From Candidatus Sysuiplasma acidicola (GTDB taxonomy: Archaea; Thermoplasmatota; Thermoplasmata; Sysuiplasmatales; Sysuiplasmataceae), in the NCBI GenBank assembly GCA_019721035.1, contig JAHEAA010000003.1, forward strand, positions 54,994 through 118,993: 64,000 nucleotides of DNA, written 5' to 3'. The position numbers were made by a program, and so were the translations under genes. This document shows, piece by piece, positions 37,966 through 47,815 of the stretch. The notes beneath the pieces were generated by a model. That model was not told the origin of the DNA and did not search any database. It saw only the letters and a list, made by a program, of their open reading frames with translations. The number at the start of each line of letters is the position of its first letter. The stretch's first letter is position 1.

Positions 37966-38984
37966 ATTAGACTCACTCTCGGATCAATAATTGTATAGAT
38001 GATGTCCACAATGAAATTGGCAAGTATGACGCACAGGCTTATGATCAGGAAAATGCCTTGCATTAGCGGGTAATCTTCGCTCTGTATCGCCGAAAAGAGC
38101 GTATATCCGAGTCCTGGATAGGCAAAAAGATATTCCACCATGAGTGCGCCTGCGACAACGTATCCCAGCGCTATGCCTACGTGGGTGGTCACGGGCAGTA
38201 TGGCATTTCGGGCAGCGTATCTGTTCTTTATAACATGGTTCGGCAGTCCTTTTGCAAAGGCCGTCAGTATGTAATCTTCATGCATTACGGTTATCATGGT
38301 GTTGCGCATCTGCAGCGCATAGCCTGGCATCAGGGCTATGACGAGCGTAGATATGGGCAAAACCGCATGATACAGAACGTCCCCTAGAAACGCAAATTCA
38401 TTGTGGTATGTGACACCTTGGGATACGGCATGTGCAACTGGAAAAATCGTAATATCTACGGCGAAGAAAATCAGCAGTATAATGCCTATCCAGAAGTAAG
38501 GTATCGATGAAATCAGCATGCCTGCTGATGAAATCAGCGAGTCAGGCAGTGTTCCTTTTCTCCACGCAAGAAAAATACCGAGCGGTATGCCAAGCAGGGC
38601 GGCAAATATTGTTCCGGATCCTGCAAGAAACAGCGTCCACGGCAGTCTCTGCAGTATCACCGAAGTGACACTCTGCGGATAGTAATAGAATGAAATGCCC
38701 AGGTTGCCGTGGACAAGCTCGACAAGATATCTGTAATACTGATAGAGCAGATTCGGATTGTTCAGTCCGAACTCCTGAGTGAGCCTCTGTACCACGACCG
38801 GATTCCCTATCTGTCCGCCTCCGCCTCCAAACAGGTTCGCCATAACAGGATTGCCTGGTATTATTCTCGGAAGAAAAAAATTGAGCGTTATCGCACCGTA
38901 TGCGATGACCGCCATGTTTACGAGTCTTCTCAGCAGATACCGTTTGCCGATCAATCTTACCGTCTCCTTCTGCGTAAGCGGCAT
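37962..38984 (-). CDS. Opp/Dpp-family ABC transporter permease (OppB-like)
   Basis: Polytopic BPD-transporter permease with the conserved EDY...A(K/R)G(L) region. Confidence 0.8.
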   Translation of the reverse strand: MPLTQKETVRLIGKRYLLRRLVNMAVIAYGAITLNFFLPRIIPGNPVMANLFGGGGGQIGNPVVVQRLTQEFGLNNPNLLYQYYRYLVELVHGNLGISFYYYPQSVTSVILQRLPWTLFLAGSGTIFAALLGIPLGIFLAWRKGTLPDSLISSAGMLISSIPYFWIGIILLIFFAVDITIFPVAHAVSQGVTYHNEFAFLGDVLYHAVLPISTLVIALMPGYALQMRNTMITVMHEDYILTAFAKGLPNHVIKNRYAARNAILPVTTHVGIALGYVVAGALMVEYLFAYPGLGYTLFSAIQSEDYPLMQGIFLIISLCVILANFIVDIIYTIIDPRVSLI

Positions 38985-39032
38985 AAATTTATGGGTAAGA
39001 GGTTTGCGGCGCCATCCGACAACCGGGCAAGA

Positions 39033-40859
39033 TTACTTGTTATGCCTTTCCTTCAGCCTCTTCCTTCTGACATAGAATATCGCAGCTGCGACACCCCCGA
39101 GAATCAGTACCACGATTCCTCCTCCTATGTACGGGAGGTAATTGGGAGCAGTTTCGTTTACGTATTGCAGAACGTCGATGTGTTCAACGCTGATCATCCA
39201 TGCAATGTTGTAACTTGGTGTGTTATCTCTGATTGTCTGATTGTTGTAGCTGAAGAATGTAGGGGGGTCCGATGTCATTGCCACTGGAACCTGTGCCGCA
39301 ATGATCTGCTGCACACTGTCCAGCAGCTGCTGAACCTTGGTGCTGTTGGATGTGGATGCAGCTTGTGTGAGCAGACTATTGACTGTCGTGTTGTTGTAGC
39401 GTTCCACGTTCCACCCGTGGGTCCAGACGAATTGGCCCATGGGTGCTGAGGACTTGTTGGAGAACAGAGAATAGAGCACGCTCCAAGCATTTGGCGCATA
39501 GCCTGTGTATCCGAAGTATGTGAGTTGATACTTGCCGTAGCCTGTGTTCGAGTTCCACTGTGCAAACGTATTTGCCACATATGTTGTCTTAATTCCGAAT
39601 GCAGTCAGGTTGTTGGCTATCACGTTTCCGGCAGTAACCCAGTCTGCGAGCGGAGGCTCAATCAAAGTGACAGTTACCTGTGTGCCGTTGGGGTAGTACC
39701 ACTGACCTCCTTTCTGAGTAAATCCACCGTCCTTCATCATAATCGCTGCCTCTGTGAGGTTGTAGTGGTAGAATGGCAGTCCTGCGGGTATCTGATTCTT
39801 GTAAAGTGCCGGAAGCGCTCCGTACGAACCTGTGAGTCCCGCTCCTGCAAGAGCGAGCAGGTTCAAGTTCGTCTTGTTTATGACATATGCTACAGCCTTT
39901 CTTGCATATGTGTTGTTAAATGGCGCAATTGCGTTGTTCATCCAAGCGAAGAATTCGTATGTTGAGGGAGCACTTACGCTTCGTATATAGGGTATTTTTG
40001 CGAAAAGTGCTCTGTCTGTGTAGGGCCCCCAGAATGCATCAATCGTCTTGCTTTCAAGCGCAGCAGTGGCATCTGAAGTGGTCTTGAAATATTCCCATAC
40101 CATTTTTGCGTAAGAGGGCGGTCCGTTGAAGAAATGCTTGTTTGCACTGAACACTGTTCCAGCAGTTGTAGACATGCTGTTCAGTATCAGCGGGCCGTCG
40201 GTTATCAGGTTCGTCGCCTGATACGTCCCAGATGTAATGTTTGTCGCGTAATTCGTGAAACTTGAGAGATTGGAAGTGTACGGGCTGTTGCCCCATGCTG
40301 CCGGAATGATAGGCTCTGTTCCTATTTCATAAATCAGCGGGCTGTAGAACGTTTTCATTTTGAATACAACCGTATAGTTGTTTAAGGCAACTACACTTTG
40401 GATGTAATTATTGAATGAGAAAAAGTCAATGCTTGGTGTATTGATCAGCGATTGAAATGTATATGTGACATCTTTGGCAGTAACAGACTGTCCGTTGGAC
40501 CACGTCGCATTGTGGACTAGATTAAATGTGAACGTGAGGCCGTTGTTTGTCACGTTGTATGACTTTGCGAGCCACGGTATGACTCCGCCGCTCGTTCCCG
40601 GGTATAGGAGTGAACTGTACAGCAGAGCATCTATGTCTCCTGCCATGCTTGTGGCTGTGAGCGGATTCAGATTGGTGAGTGTGCCCTGGATAGAACCGAA
40701 GATGAATGTACCGTTCGGATTTATCTTGGCTACTTGTTTTGCGGAAGCAACACCTACGAAGCTGCCGCCGAATACACTACCGATCAGCAGTAAAGCGGAA
40801 GCGACGGAAAACGCGATCAATGCCCTTCGCATGAAAAATATTCTTTTTCTCTCAGTCAT
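39033..40859 (-). CDS. family-5 solute-binding protein (Opp/Dpp-like) with C-terminal TM anchor
   Basis: 608 aa. N-terminal signal/anchor, Asn/Thr-rich body, C-terminal hydrophobic helix plus basic tail (GGIVVLILGGVAAAIFYVRRKRLKERHNK), typical of archaeal membrane-anchored SBPs. Confidence 0.75.
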   Translation of the reverse strand: MTERKRIFFMRRALIAFSVASALLLIGSVFGGSFVGVASAKQVAKINPNGTFIFGSIQGTLTNLNPLTATSMAGDIDALLYSSLLYPGTSGGVIPWLAKSYNVTNNGLTFTFNLVHNATWSNGQSVTAKDVTYTFQSLINTPSIDFFSFNNYIQSVVALNNYTVVFKMKTFYSPLIYEIGTEPIIPAAWGNSPYTSNLSSFTNYATNITSGTYQATNLITDGPLILNSMSTTAGTVFSANKHFFNGPPSYAKMVWEYFKTTSDATAALESKTIDAFWGPYTDRALFAKIPYIRSVSAPSTYEFFAWMNNAIAPFNNTYARKAVAYVINKTNLNLLALAGAGLTGSYGALPALYKNQIPAGLPFYHYNLTEAAIMMKDGGFTQKGGQWYYPNGTQVTVTLIEPPLADWVTAGNVIANNLTAFGIKTTYVANTFAQWNSNTGYGKYQLTYFGYTGYAPNAWSVLYSLFSNKSSAPMGQFVWTHGWNVERYNNTTVNSLLTQAASTSNSTKVQQLLDSVQQIIAAQVPVAMTSDPPTFFSYNNQTIRDNTPSYNIAWMISVEHIDVLQYVNETAPNYLPYIGGGIVVLILGGVAAAIFYVRRKRLKERHNK

Positions 40860-41095
40860 AATTCCCGGTGAATGGAACAGATGTATAAATGACTGATTAT
40901 TATTAGCATGGTTATCATAAAACAGTTTCTCCCAATCATAGGCATCTCAGACAAGCAAGAATGAAAAGATTACCTTCGTTCCTATGAACAGGCGCAGCTC
41001 AGTGACTGCGCTTTTCTTGCTCGCTGACGGAGTCTGGCTGCGGACATGGTCCGATTATTTAATATAGTGATAACAAATCACATGCTCGCGATTTA
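40860..41095. promoter_or_regulatory. divergent promoter region between the two Opp-family ABC operons
   Basis: 236-bp AT-richer spacer with TATA-like boxes (TGTATAAATGA near 40885; TTATTTAATATAG near 41055) facing each operon. Confidence 0.4.
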
Positions 41096-42865
41096 ATGAA
41101 TAAGAAAATCGTGTCTTTGCTGATAGCCGTGTTGCTGTCGACGAGTATATTCTTTGTTTTGGTGCCGGAGTCAGACAGGGCCTCTTCAACCCCCGTTACA
41201 CTGACCGTAGGCATCGTCTCGCCCGGAGCAATAACAAATCTGAATCCGTGGGAAGCAGGCGGTCAGTCTGCCATAACGACCGACCAGTTGCGCGGGTTGT
41301 ATTATCTCACGCTTATGCTTCAGGCACCCAATGGAACACTCATGCCACAGCTTGCGCAATCCTGGAGTGCCAACGCGAATGCAACGGTATACACATTCAA
41401 CCTGGTACCGAATCTGAAATGGTCTGACGGGACACCGCTCACCGCGAACGATGTGGTCTATTCCTTCAGGCTGCTGCAGCAGCACCCCCTGTTTGACACT
41501 CTCAACGGTTTCATCGTAGGCTCACTGTTGAAGAATGTCACTGCTCTGAGCAGCACCTCTGTTCAGTTTACACTGACGCACCCGTTTTCTCCGTTTCTCG
41601 ACTACGCATCGCTTGGAAAGTACATCGTGCCTGAGCACATTTTCTCTGCGATTTCCAACATAACGGCCTATACTGGTTCATCATCGCCGGTCGGTGATGG
41701 TCCATACCTGCTTGTGAACTGGACGCCCGGTTCAACTGTTCTGCACTACAAGGCAAACCCCTACTTCTATATGGGCAAGCCAAAGATTACAAACCTTGCA
41801 GTGGAGCTGCTTTCACCGACGGCAAACATTCCCGCTCTCCTGCAAACCGGTGAGATAACACTCGCTCAGCCCTCGCCGAGTCAGGTGGCTGCTCTCAGCG
41901 GCGTGAGTCACGTCGGTGTCTCTGTGTCGCCCGGAATATCGATTGTTGGCACATACTTCGATCCGGCAGGTCTGTTCATGTTTGACGACGCGCTGTACCC
42001 GTACAACATAACCACGGTGAGGCAGGCTCTGGCTTACAGCATAAACAGGACGCAGATTGTGCAGCTTGCCCTGAACGGCTACGGAACCGCGGGAAATCAG
42101 GGACAGTTGCCTCCTTCGCTTTCCCAGTGGATACCGTCCACTCTTGCCAACTATACATTCAATCCAAGTAAGGCACGATCAATGCTGCTGGGCCTCGGCT
42201 TCAAGAACGGCAGCAACGGTTATCTCACATTCCCGAACGGGACCGCATGGACACCCAAGATAATGGATGTGGGTGGCACGGCGAGTAGTGTAGTCAGCGT
42301 AATAGTGCAGAATCTGCATGCTGCCGGCATCGACGCGTCCGAGTCTGTTGTCACTATAGGTACCATTGTCAATGCGCTAGAGTACGGTACATTCGATATG
42401 ATATTGCTCGGAACAAGCAGGCCGCCGATTCCCGACTTCGTCCTCGGCGTCTTCGTCACCAACTCTGTTACGCCGGTAGGAACACAGGAACTCGACTATC
42501 ACGGATGGGCCAGGTGGTCCAATCAGACAGTCTGGAACGATCTGAATCAGGCCAGAAACGTCAGCGGTTTCTCCCAGCAGTACCAGCTGTATGCGAATGT
42601 GCAGCAGATCATGGCAACTCAGGTGCCGCTCATCGTGCTGTACTACGGACAGAACATATGGGCATATTCCAATGCGACCATCGGCGGATGGGGTCCAGCT
42701 GCCCAGGGATATCAGTTCCCCCAGGCTCCGTTGCTGATGAGCCTGCATGGACCTGCCACGGTTGCTACATCCAACAACGGAGTGGTGTACGCTGCAGCGG
42801 GACTTGTGGTCGTTCTGGCGGTCATCGCTGTGGCGGTTTATGTGTTAAGGAAACGGCAAAGGTAG
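41096..42865 (+). CDS. family-5 solute-binding protein (second, paralogous) with C-terminal TM anchor
   Basis: 589 aa, same architecture as 39033-40859. C-terminal anchor VVVLAVIAVAVYVLRKRQR. Confidence 0.75.
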   Translation: MNKKIVSLLIAVLLSTSIFFVLVPESDRASSTPVTLTVGIVSPGAITNLNPWEAGGQSAITTDQLRGLYYLTLMLQAPNGTLMPQLAQSWSANANATVYTFNLVPNLKWSDGTPLTANDVVYSFRLLQQHPLFDTLNGFIVGSLLKNVTALSSTSVQFTLTHPFSPFLDYASLGKYIVPEHIFSAISNITAYTGSSSPVGDGPYLLVNWTPGSTVLHYKANPYFYMGKPKITNLAVELLSPTANIPALLQTGEITLAQPSPSQVAALSGVSHVGVSVSPGISIVGTYFDPAGLFMFDDALYPYNITTVRQALAYSINRTQIVQLALNGYGTAGNQGQLPPSLSQWIPSTLANYTFNPSKARSMLLGLGFKNGSNGYLTFPNGTAWTPKIMDVGGTASSVVSVIVQNLHAAGIDASESVVTIGTIVNALEYGTFDMILLGTSRPPIPDFVLGVFVTNSVTPVGTQELDYHGWARWSNQTVWNDLNQARNVSGFSQQYQLYANVQQIMATQVPLIVLYYGQNIWAYSNATIGGWGPAAQGYQFPQAPLLMSLHGPATVATSNNGVVYAAAGLVVVLAVIAVAVYVLRKRQR

Positions 42866-42872
42866 ATCTGAG

Positions 42873-43865
42873 TTGGGCATATCTGTGCGTTTTCTGGTGC
42901 GGCGTGCACTGTACGCCGTACTGACTTTTTTCATCGCGCTGCTTATGATTTTTATCATACCGCGCCTGATTGCAGTCAATCCTGTTGAGATAATAGCCGC
43001 ATCACAGCAGCTCCCGCCTTCGGCCATCAAGCAGCTGACGGCGCAGTTTGGATTGGACAAGCCGCTTTACGTTCAGTTTCTCCTGTATCTCAAGAACGTG
43101 GTTTTCACATTCCCCCCAAATCTTGGTTTTTCTTATGAATACTATCCTCAGTCCGTCTGGTCTCTGCTCGTTATATCACTTCCATGGACACTCTTCCTTG
43201 TTGGAAGCTCCGTCGCTATTTCCGCATTTGCAGGCACTATGGCCGGTCTGTACGCCGGTATGAATCGCGGCAAGGCGCTTGACAGGCTCCTTACATACAC
43301 CGCGATGACCACACAATCAATGCCGTACTTCTGGATCGCAATCATGTTCCAAATAGTTCTCGCGGTAGTACTGAGGCTGTTCCCGATAGGCGGCGCAATA
43401 TCCATAACAGATACGAGTCCTATGTTCTCGCCCCAGTACATACAGGATGTTCTCTATCACGCCATGCTGCCAATGATTACAATCATCGTAGCCACGACCC
43501 CAGTTTACGCCATTATAATGAGGAACACGCTCGCAGACATTATTCGGGAGGATTACATGGTGGCGGGCGAAGCGAAGGGGCTTCGCAAATCGCGTCTCTA
43601 TTATAAGTATGGCCTGCGCAACGGCATCCTTCCGATCGTGAGCCTTATTGCCGTTCATTTCGGCTATGTCGTCGGCGGCGCCCTGCTTGTGGAGATTGTA
43701 TTCAGTTATCCGGGAGTTGGCACACTCCTCTTCAACGCGATCCTTTCACACGATTACCCGATTATCCAGGGTGTTTTCTATATTCTCGGCATCACCGTAA
43801 TTGGCGCGAATTTCATCGCGGACGTAATCTATTCCTACATTGACCCGAGGATCCGATATTCATGA
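42873..43865 (+). CDS. Opp/Dpp-family ABC permease (OppB-like)
   Basis: Polytopic permease, paralog of 37962-38984. Confidence 0.8.
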   Translation: MGISVRFLVRRALYAVLTFFIALLMIFIIPRLIAVNPVEIIAASQQLPPSAIKQLTAQFGLDKPLYVQFLLYLKNVVFTFPPNLGFSYEYYPQSVWSLLVISLPWTLFLVGSSVAISAFAGTMAGLYAGMNRGKALDRLLTYTAMTTQSMPYFWIAIMFQIVLAVVLRLFPIGGAISITDTSPMFSPQYIQDVLYHAMLPMITIIVATTPVYAIIMRNTLADIIREDYMVAGEAKGLRKSRLYYKYGLRNGILPIVSLIAVHFGYVVGGALLVEIVFSYPGVGTLLFNAILSHDYPIIQGVFYILGITVIGANFIADVIYSYIDPRIRYS

Positions 43866-44755
43866 TGATGCAGGAGTTGAAGCTTGAAAGACTCTTCAAA
43901 ACCGAGTCTGGAACGGATACCTTCCTGAAGAAACTGCTAATGAACAGGGGCGGAATGACCGGCCTCATCATACTGTCCGCTCTCGCCTTTATCGCTCTCT
44001 TTTCATCGTTCATAGCGCCATACTCTCCTTACGCTATCGTAGCGAAACCGTACCTGCCGTCGAGTGCTGCCCATCTTTTCGGAACGGATGGGCTGGGAAG
44101 GGACATTTTCAGCCAGATGATTTACGGGACACGTCTGTCGCTCGAGATAGGCTTCGTTTCCGCTGTAGGTATTACATCGATTGGTACGCTCGTCGGCATT
44201 GTGTCCGGGTACATCGGTTCATTCGTTGACGAGGTACTGATGAGATTCGTGGATGTTATGCTTGTTATACCATCGATTGCCTTCATGATATTCGTTTCAA
44301 CAATTATGGGTCCGGGTGTGATAACCGTTCTCACTGTAATCATTGTGTTCGGTTGGCCCCCAATGTCCAGGATGATACGGTCACAGGTGCTCTCCCTGAA
44401 AAAACGCGGTTTCGTTGAGAGTGCCATTGTAAGCAATACAACGAAAACTTTTATTCTTTTCAGGATGATATTGCCGAACATCATTTCACTGATACTGGCA
44501 AATGCCCTGCTCGCCGTGATTTATGCAATAATCGCCGATGCTTCACTGGCATTCATCGGCCTCGCGAGCACGACGAGTTACAGCTGGGGGACTGTTCTTT
44601 ACAACGCACAGATTGAAGGAGCGATATATCACAACGGCATACTGTGGATTACGCTGCCTGGTCTGGCTATCGCACTCACAGGAGTGTCCATGACACTGCT
44701 TGCGAGAGCGTTTGGTGACATAACTGATCCGCGCTATTCGACAGAGGGAAGGTGA
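43862..44755 (+). CDS. Opp/Dpp-family ABC permease (OppC-like)
   Basis: Polytopic permease. ATGA overlap on both sides. Confidence 0.8.
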   Translation: MMMQELKLERLFKTESGTDTFLKKLLMNRGGMTGLIILSALAFIALFSSFIAPYSPYAIVAKPYLPSSAAHLFGTDGLGRDIFSQMIYGTRLSLEIGFVSAVGITSIGTLVGIVSGYIGSFVDEVLMRFVDVMLVIPSIAFMIFVSTIMGPGVITVLTVIIVFGWPPMSRMIRSQVLSLKKRGFVESAIVSNTTKTFILFRMILPNIISLILANALLAVIYAIIADASLAFIGLASTTSYSWGTVLYNAQIEGAIYHNGILWITLPGLAIALTGVSMTLLARAFGDITDPRYSTEGR

Positions 44756-45729
44756 TGGCAGCGATTATAGCAGATTTACACGGGCTGTCCGTCACATTCC
44801 CTTCCAGGAAAGGCATGGTCAAGGCCGTGGATGCCGTCGACCTGAGCATTGAGGAAGGATCCATCTTCGGCATTGCCGGAGAGTCGGGTTGCGGAAAGAC
44901 GACGATAGGCCTTTCACTGCTCGGAATGGTCAGAGAACCAGGTCGGGTCGAGGGCCGCATCACAGTCAACAGAAAGGATGTAACATCGCTGCGCGGTGAG
45001 GAGCGCAGACTCTTCAGATGGAAGGAGGTGTCCATGGTTTTTCAGGGGGCCATGAACAGCCTTAATCCAGTGAGCAGTGTGGGCGAGCAGATAACCGAAG
45101 TGATAATCGATCACAACGGCGGTACGCGGAAAGAGGCAATGAACATGGCGGCCGAGCTTCTGCGTAAGGTGAGACTGCCATCCGATATACTGCGCCGTTA
45201 CCCTCATCAGCTTAGCGGCGGGCAGAAACAGCGTGTGGTCATAGCGATGGCCATAGCGCTCGATCCGAAACTCATTATTGCGGACGAGCCCACTACTGCA
45301 CTCGATGTTGTTTCGCAGGAACACATTCTCCGGTTGCTCAAGGAGATAGTGAAGGCCTCTGGGTCCACTGTCGTAATCATTTCGCACGACCTGTCGCTCA
45401 TAGCGGATATGTGCGACAGCCTTGCAGTCATGTACCTGGGCAGGATTGTCGAATCGGGAAAGGCCTCGGACGTGCTGGCAACCCCCGCACATCCGTACAC
45501 GAAAGCACTCATCGATTCCAACATAACTCTTGACAGGCGCGGAGAGACGGTGGAATCGATTCCGGGATACCCGCCTTCCCCTATCAATCTCCCGCGCAAC
45601 TGCAGGTTCAGCAGCAGATGCAAATTCGCTACCAGCGAATGTTTCGATTCCGAACCGCCAGCGACCACGCTCGACAACGGAAGAGTCGTGTACTGTTACC
45701 ATCCGAGGTATGGCAATGGCGGAAAGTAG
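44752..45729 (+). CDS. Opp/Dpp-family ABC ATP-binding protein (OppD-like)
   Basis: Walker A GESGCGKTT, LSGGQKQR, Walker B IIADEPTTALD. Confidence 0.8.
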   Translation: MMAAIIADLHGLSVTFPSRKGMVKAVDAVDLSIEEGSIFGIAGESGCGKTTIGLSLLGMVREPGRVEGRITVNRKDVTSLRGEERRLFRWKEVSMVFQGAMNSLNPVSSVGEQITEVIIDHNGGTRKEAMNMAAELLRKVRLPSDILRRYPHQLSGGQKQRVVIAMAIALDPKLIIADEPTTALDVVSQEHILRLLKEIVKASGSTVVIISHDLSLIADMCDSLAVMYLGRIVESGKASDVLATPAHPYTKALIDSNITLDRRGETVESIPGYPPSPINLPRNCRFSSRCKFATSECFDSEPPATTLDNGRVVYCYHPRYGNGGK

Positions 45730-46708
45730 AACGATAGGCTTGGATGGGGTATCGGTCAGGTTCACTTCTCAGGGGAGGGTTGTACCGGCCATCGACGACG
45801 TGACTATCTCCTTCAAACTGTCTGACCTGGTGTCGGTTGTTGGTGAGAGCGGGGCCGGCAAAACGACGTTTGGCCGGGCGCTTCTCGGACTCGTCAGGCC
45901 GGACTCAGGCGCCGTGCTCTTTGCCGGAAAGGATATACACAGGCTGAAGAAAAAAGAACAGAAGAACTTCCGAAAACATGTGCAGGTTGTTTTCCAGGAT
46001 CCTTATGATGCCATGAACCAGAAGCATGTGGTCTTAGATTACCTGTCGATGCCGCTTCGCTTCATCTCCGGCATCTCGTCAAGAACCGAACTCAGAAGTG
46101 CGAGTGAGGCATTGCTTGATCAGGTGGGTCTGGAAACGGAGTTTCTCTCTAAATATCCACATCAGCTTAGCGGCGGGCAGAAACAGCGCATCGCCATAGC
46201 AAGGGCGCTGGCGACGGAACCCGATTTCATTGTTGCGGACGAGCCGACAAGCATGCTCGATGCGTCGGCCGCTGCAGGCATACTGAATCTGCTCAAGAGG
46301 CTGGCGTCGAAGAGAGGCATGGGTTATATGATCATAACGCACAACATGGGAGTTGCCGCATATGCATCTGACAGGATCGTTGTCATGTACTCGGGGAAGG
46401 TGGTGGAGGATTCTGCTGCTGAGGATATCCTAACGGCTCCGAGACATCCCTACACTTCTGTGCTCATCAGTCATGCGCCGCTGTCTGAAGGGAGCAGCAG
46501 GAATAAGCCGGCTGAACGTGAGGGCTCCGACGTTGATCCTGATGCGGCGGACCCGTGGAAGCTCGGGGGCTGCAGATATTTTGCCAGATGTCCGAGGAGA
46601 ACGGAAGAATGCAGCAAGTCTTTTCCCCCTCTTACGATCGCTCCCAACGGCAGGAGTGTGGCCTGCCTGCATCCGATCGAAACGGAAGAGCTCAGGCATA
46701 TCAACTGA
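45710..46708 (+). CDS. Opp/Dpp-family ABC ATP-binding protein (OppF-like)
   Basis: Walker A GESGAGKTT, LSGGQKQR, FIVADEPTSMLD. Start set at ATG 45710 (MAMAESR), overlapping the upstream ATPase by 20 nt. The ORF-track start at 45530 runs deep into the upstream gene. Confidence 0.8.
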   Translation: MAMAESRTIGLDGVSVRFTSQGRVVPAIDDVTISFKLSDLVSVVGESGAGKTTFGRALLGLVRPDSGAVLFAGKDIHRLKKKEQKNFRKHVQVVFQDPYDAMNQKHVVLDYLSMPLRFISGISSRTELRSASEALLDQVGLETEFLSKYPHQLSGGQKQRIAIARALATEPDFIVADEPTSMLDASAAAGILNLLKRLASKRGMGYMIITHNMGVAAYASDRIVVMYSGKVVEDSAAEDILTAPRHPYTSVLISHAPLSEGSSRNKPAEREGSDVDPDAADPWKLGGCRYFARCPRRTEECSKSFPPLTIAPNGRSVACLHPIETEELRHIN

Positions 46709-46711
46709 CGC

Positions 46712-47815
46712 TCAGCCTTTGTCTGCGACTGCAGCCGCGAACGAATGAAATTCGTTCCTGATTCCACGCACATCTTCCAACGTGCCGCCCACCGCATCGT
46801 TGTTCATCAGCAGAATCGAAACGAGTCTCCTGTCGACATCCATCCAGACGGAAGTTCCGGTATGCCCTGTGTGGCCAAATACCACACCGCGTTCGATGGG
46901 ATATCCTCCATCGTCCTTTGTGCGCAGCATCAGGCCAAGGCCGTACGGCATGCCGAATATGTCTGAGACCGGTCTGATCATCTTTTTCAAACTCGACTGT
47001 CTCAGCAATACTCCAGTTCCCTCAACACAGTCGGACAGAACCGTAGAGGCAAACGTCGCAAGGTCGCCGAGGGTTGAGAACAGCCCTGCGTGACCTGCAA
47101 CGCCATCCATCCTGGCAACAACCTCGTTGTGCGTTTCGCATATCAGATCCCTCTTCCTGATGTGCGAATAACCTGTGGGGGCGCAGCATCCGCTCCTGTC
47201 AGGATTGTAAAGCGTGGAATGGAGTTCGAGCGGCTCCGTTATCCTCTCTCTTATCAACTCATCCTCCCTCTTCCCGTGAATCGTCTCAACAATCTCGCCA
47301 AGGAGCATAAAACCGAGGTCGCTGTATACAGGAACGCACCGCTTCCCGACATCTACGTAGTTGAGGACTCTCAGCACGGATGCCCTCGATGCGCATCGCT
47401 TCATCGAATTTCTCAGCGCGGGTAGTCCTGACGTGTGTGACATCAGCTCGAAGACCGTCGATTTTCGGAGTCCTTCACCACTCAGGCCCGGAACGATGTC
47501 GCCAGCGGCGTCATCAAGGCTGAGGAGTCCCTCCTCACACGATTGCATGACAATAATCGACGTGAATATCTTGGTTATGGATGCAATATCGAAGAGGCAA
47601 TCACGCGTCACCCTCCTCCTCGTTTTTCCCCCTGTCGTCGTATATCCTGTGCACCCCTCAAACAGCATTTTGCCCTCTCTCCAAGCTCCGGCAGCCGCGC
47701 ACGTATGTGTCCTGCCCGTACCCTTCCTCAGCAATTCGGAGAGCCTGCTATCCGGGTTGCGCCTGTCATCAGGCTGCACAGCTGTCACTTTATTCGTAAC
47801 TACTCTCCTGGCCAT
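46712..47815 (-). CDS. beta-lactamase-family serine hydrolase (AmpH / DD-peptidase / esterase-like)
   Basis: SITK (SxxK) active-site motif near the N-terminus and a class-C-like fold pattern (FDIASITKIFTS..., HTSG, GHTG). 367 aa. Confidence 0.7.
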   Translation of the reverse strand: MARRVVTNKVTAVQPDDRRNPDSRLSELLRKGTGRTHTCAAAGAWREGKMLFEGCTGYTTTGGKTRRRVTRDCLFDIASITKIFTSIIVMQSCEEGLLSLDDAAGDIVPGLSGEGLRKSTVFELMSHTSGLPALRNSMKRCASRASVLRVLNYVDVGKRCVPVYSDLGFMLLGEIVETIHGKREDELIRERITEPLELHSTLYNPDRSGCCAPTGYSHIRKRDLICETHNEVVARMDGVAGHAGLFSTLGDLATFASTVLSDCVEGTGVLLRQSSLKKMIRPVSDIFGMPYGLGLMLRTKDDGGYPIERGVVFGHTGHTGTSVWMDVDRRLVSILLMNNDAVGGTLEDVRGIRNEFHSFAAAVADKG

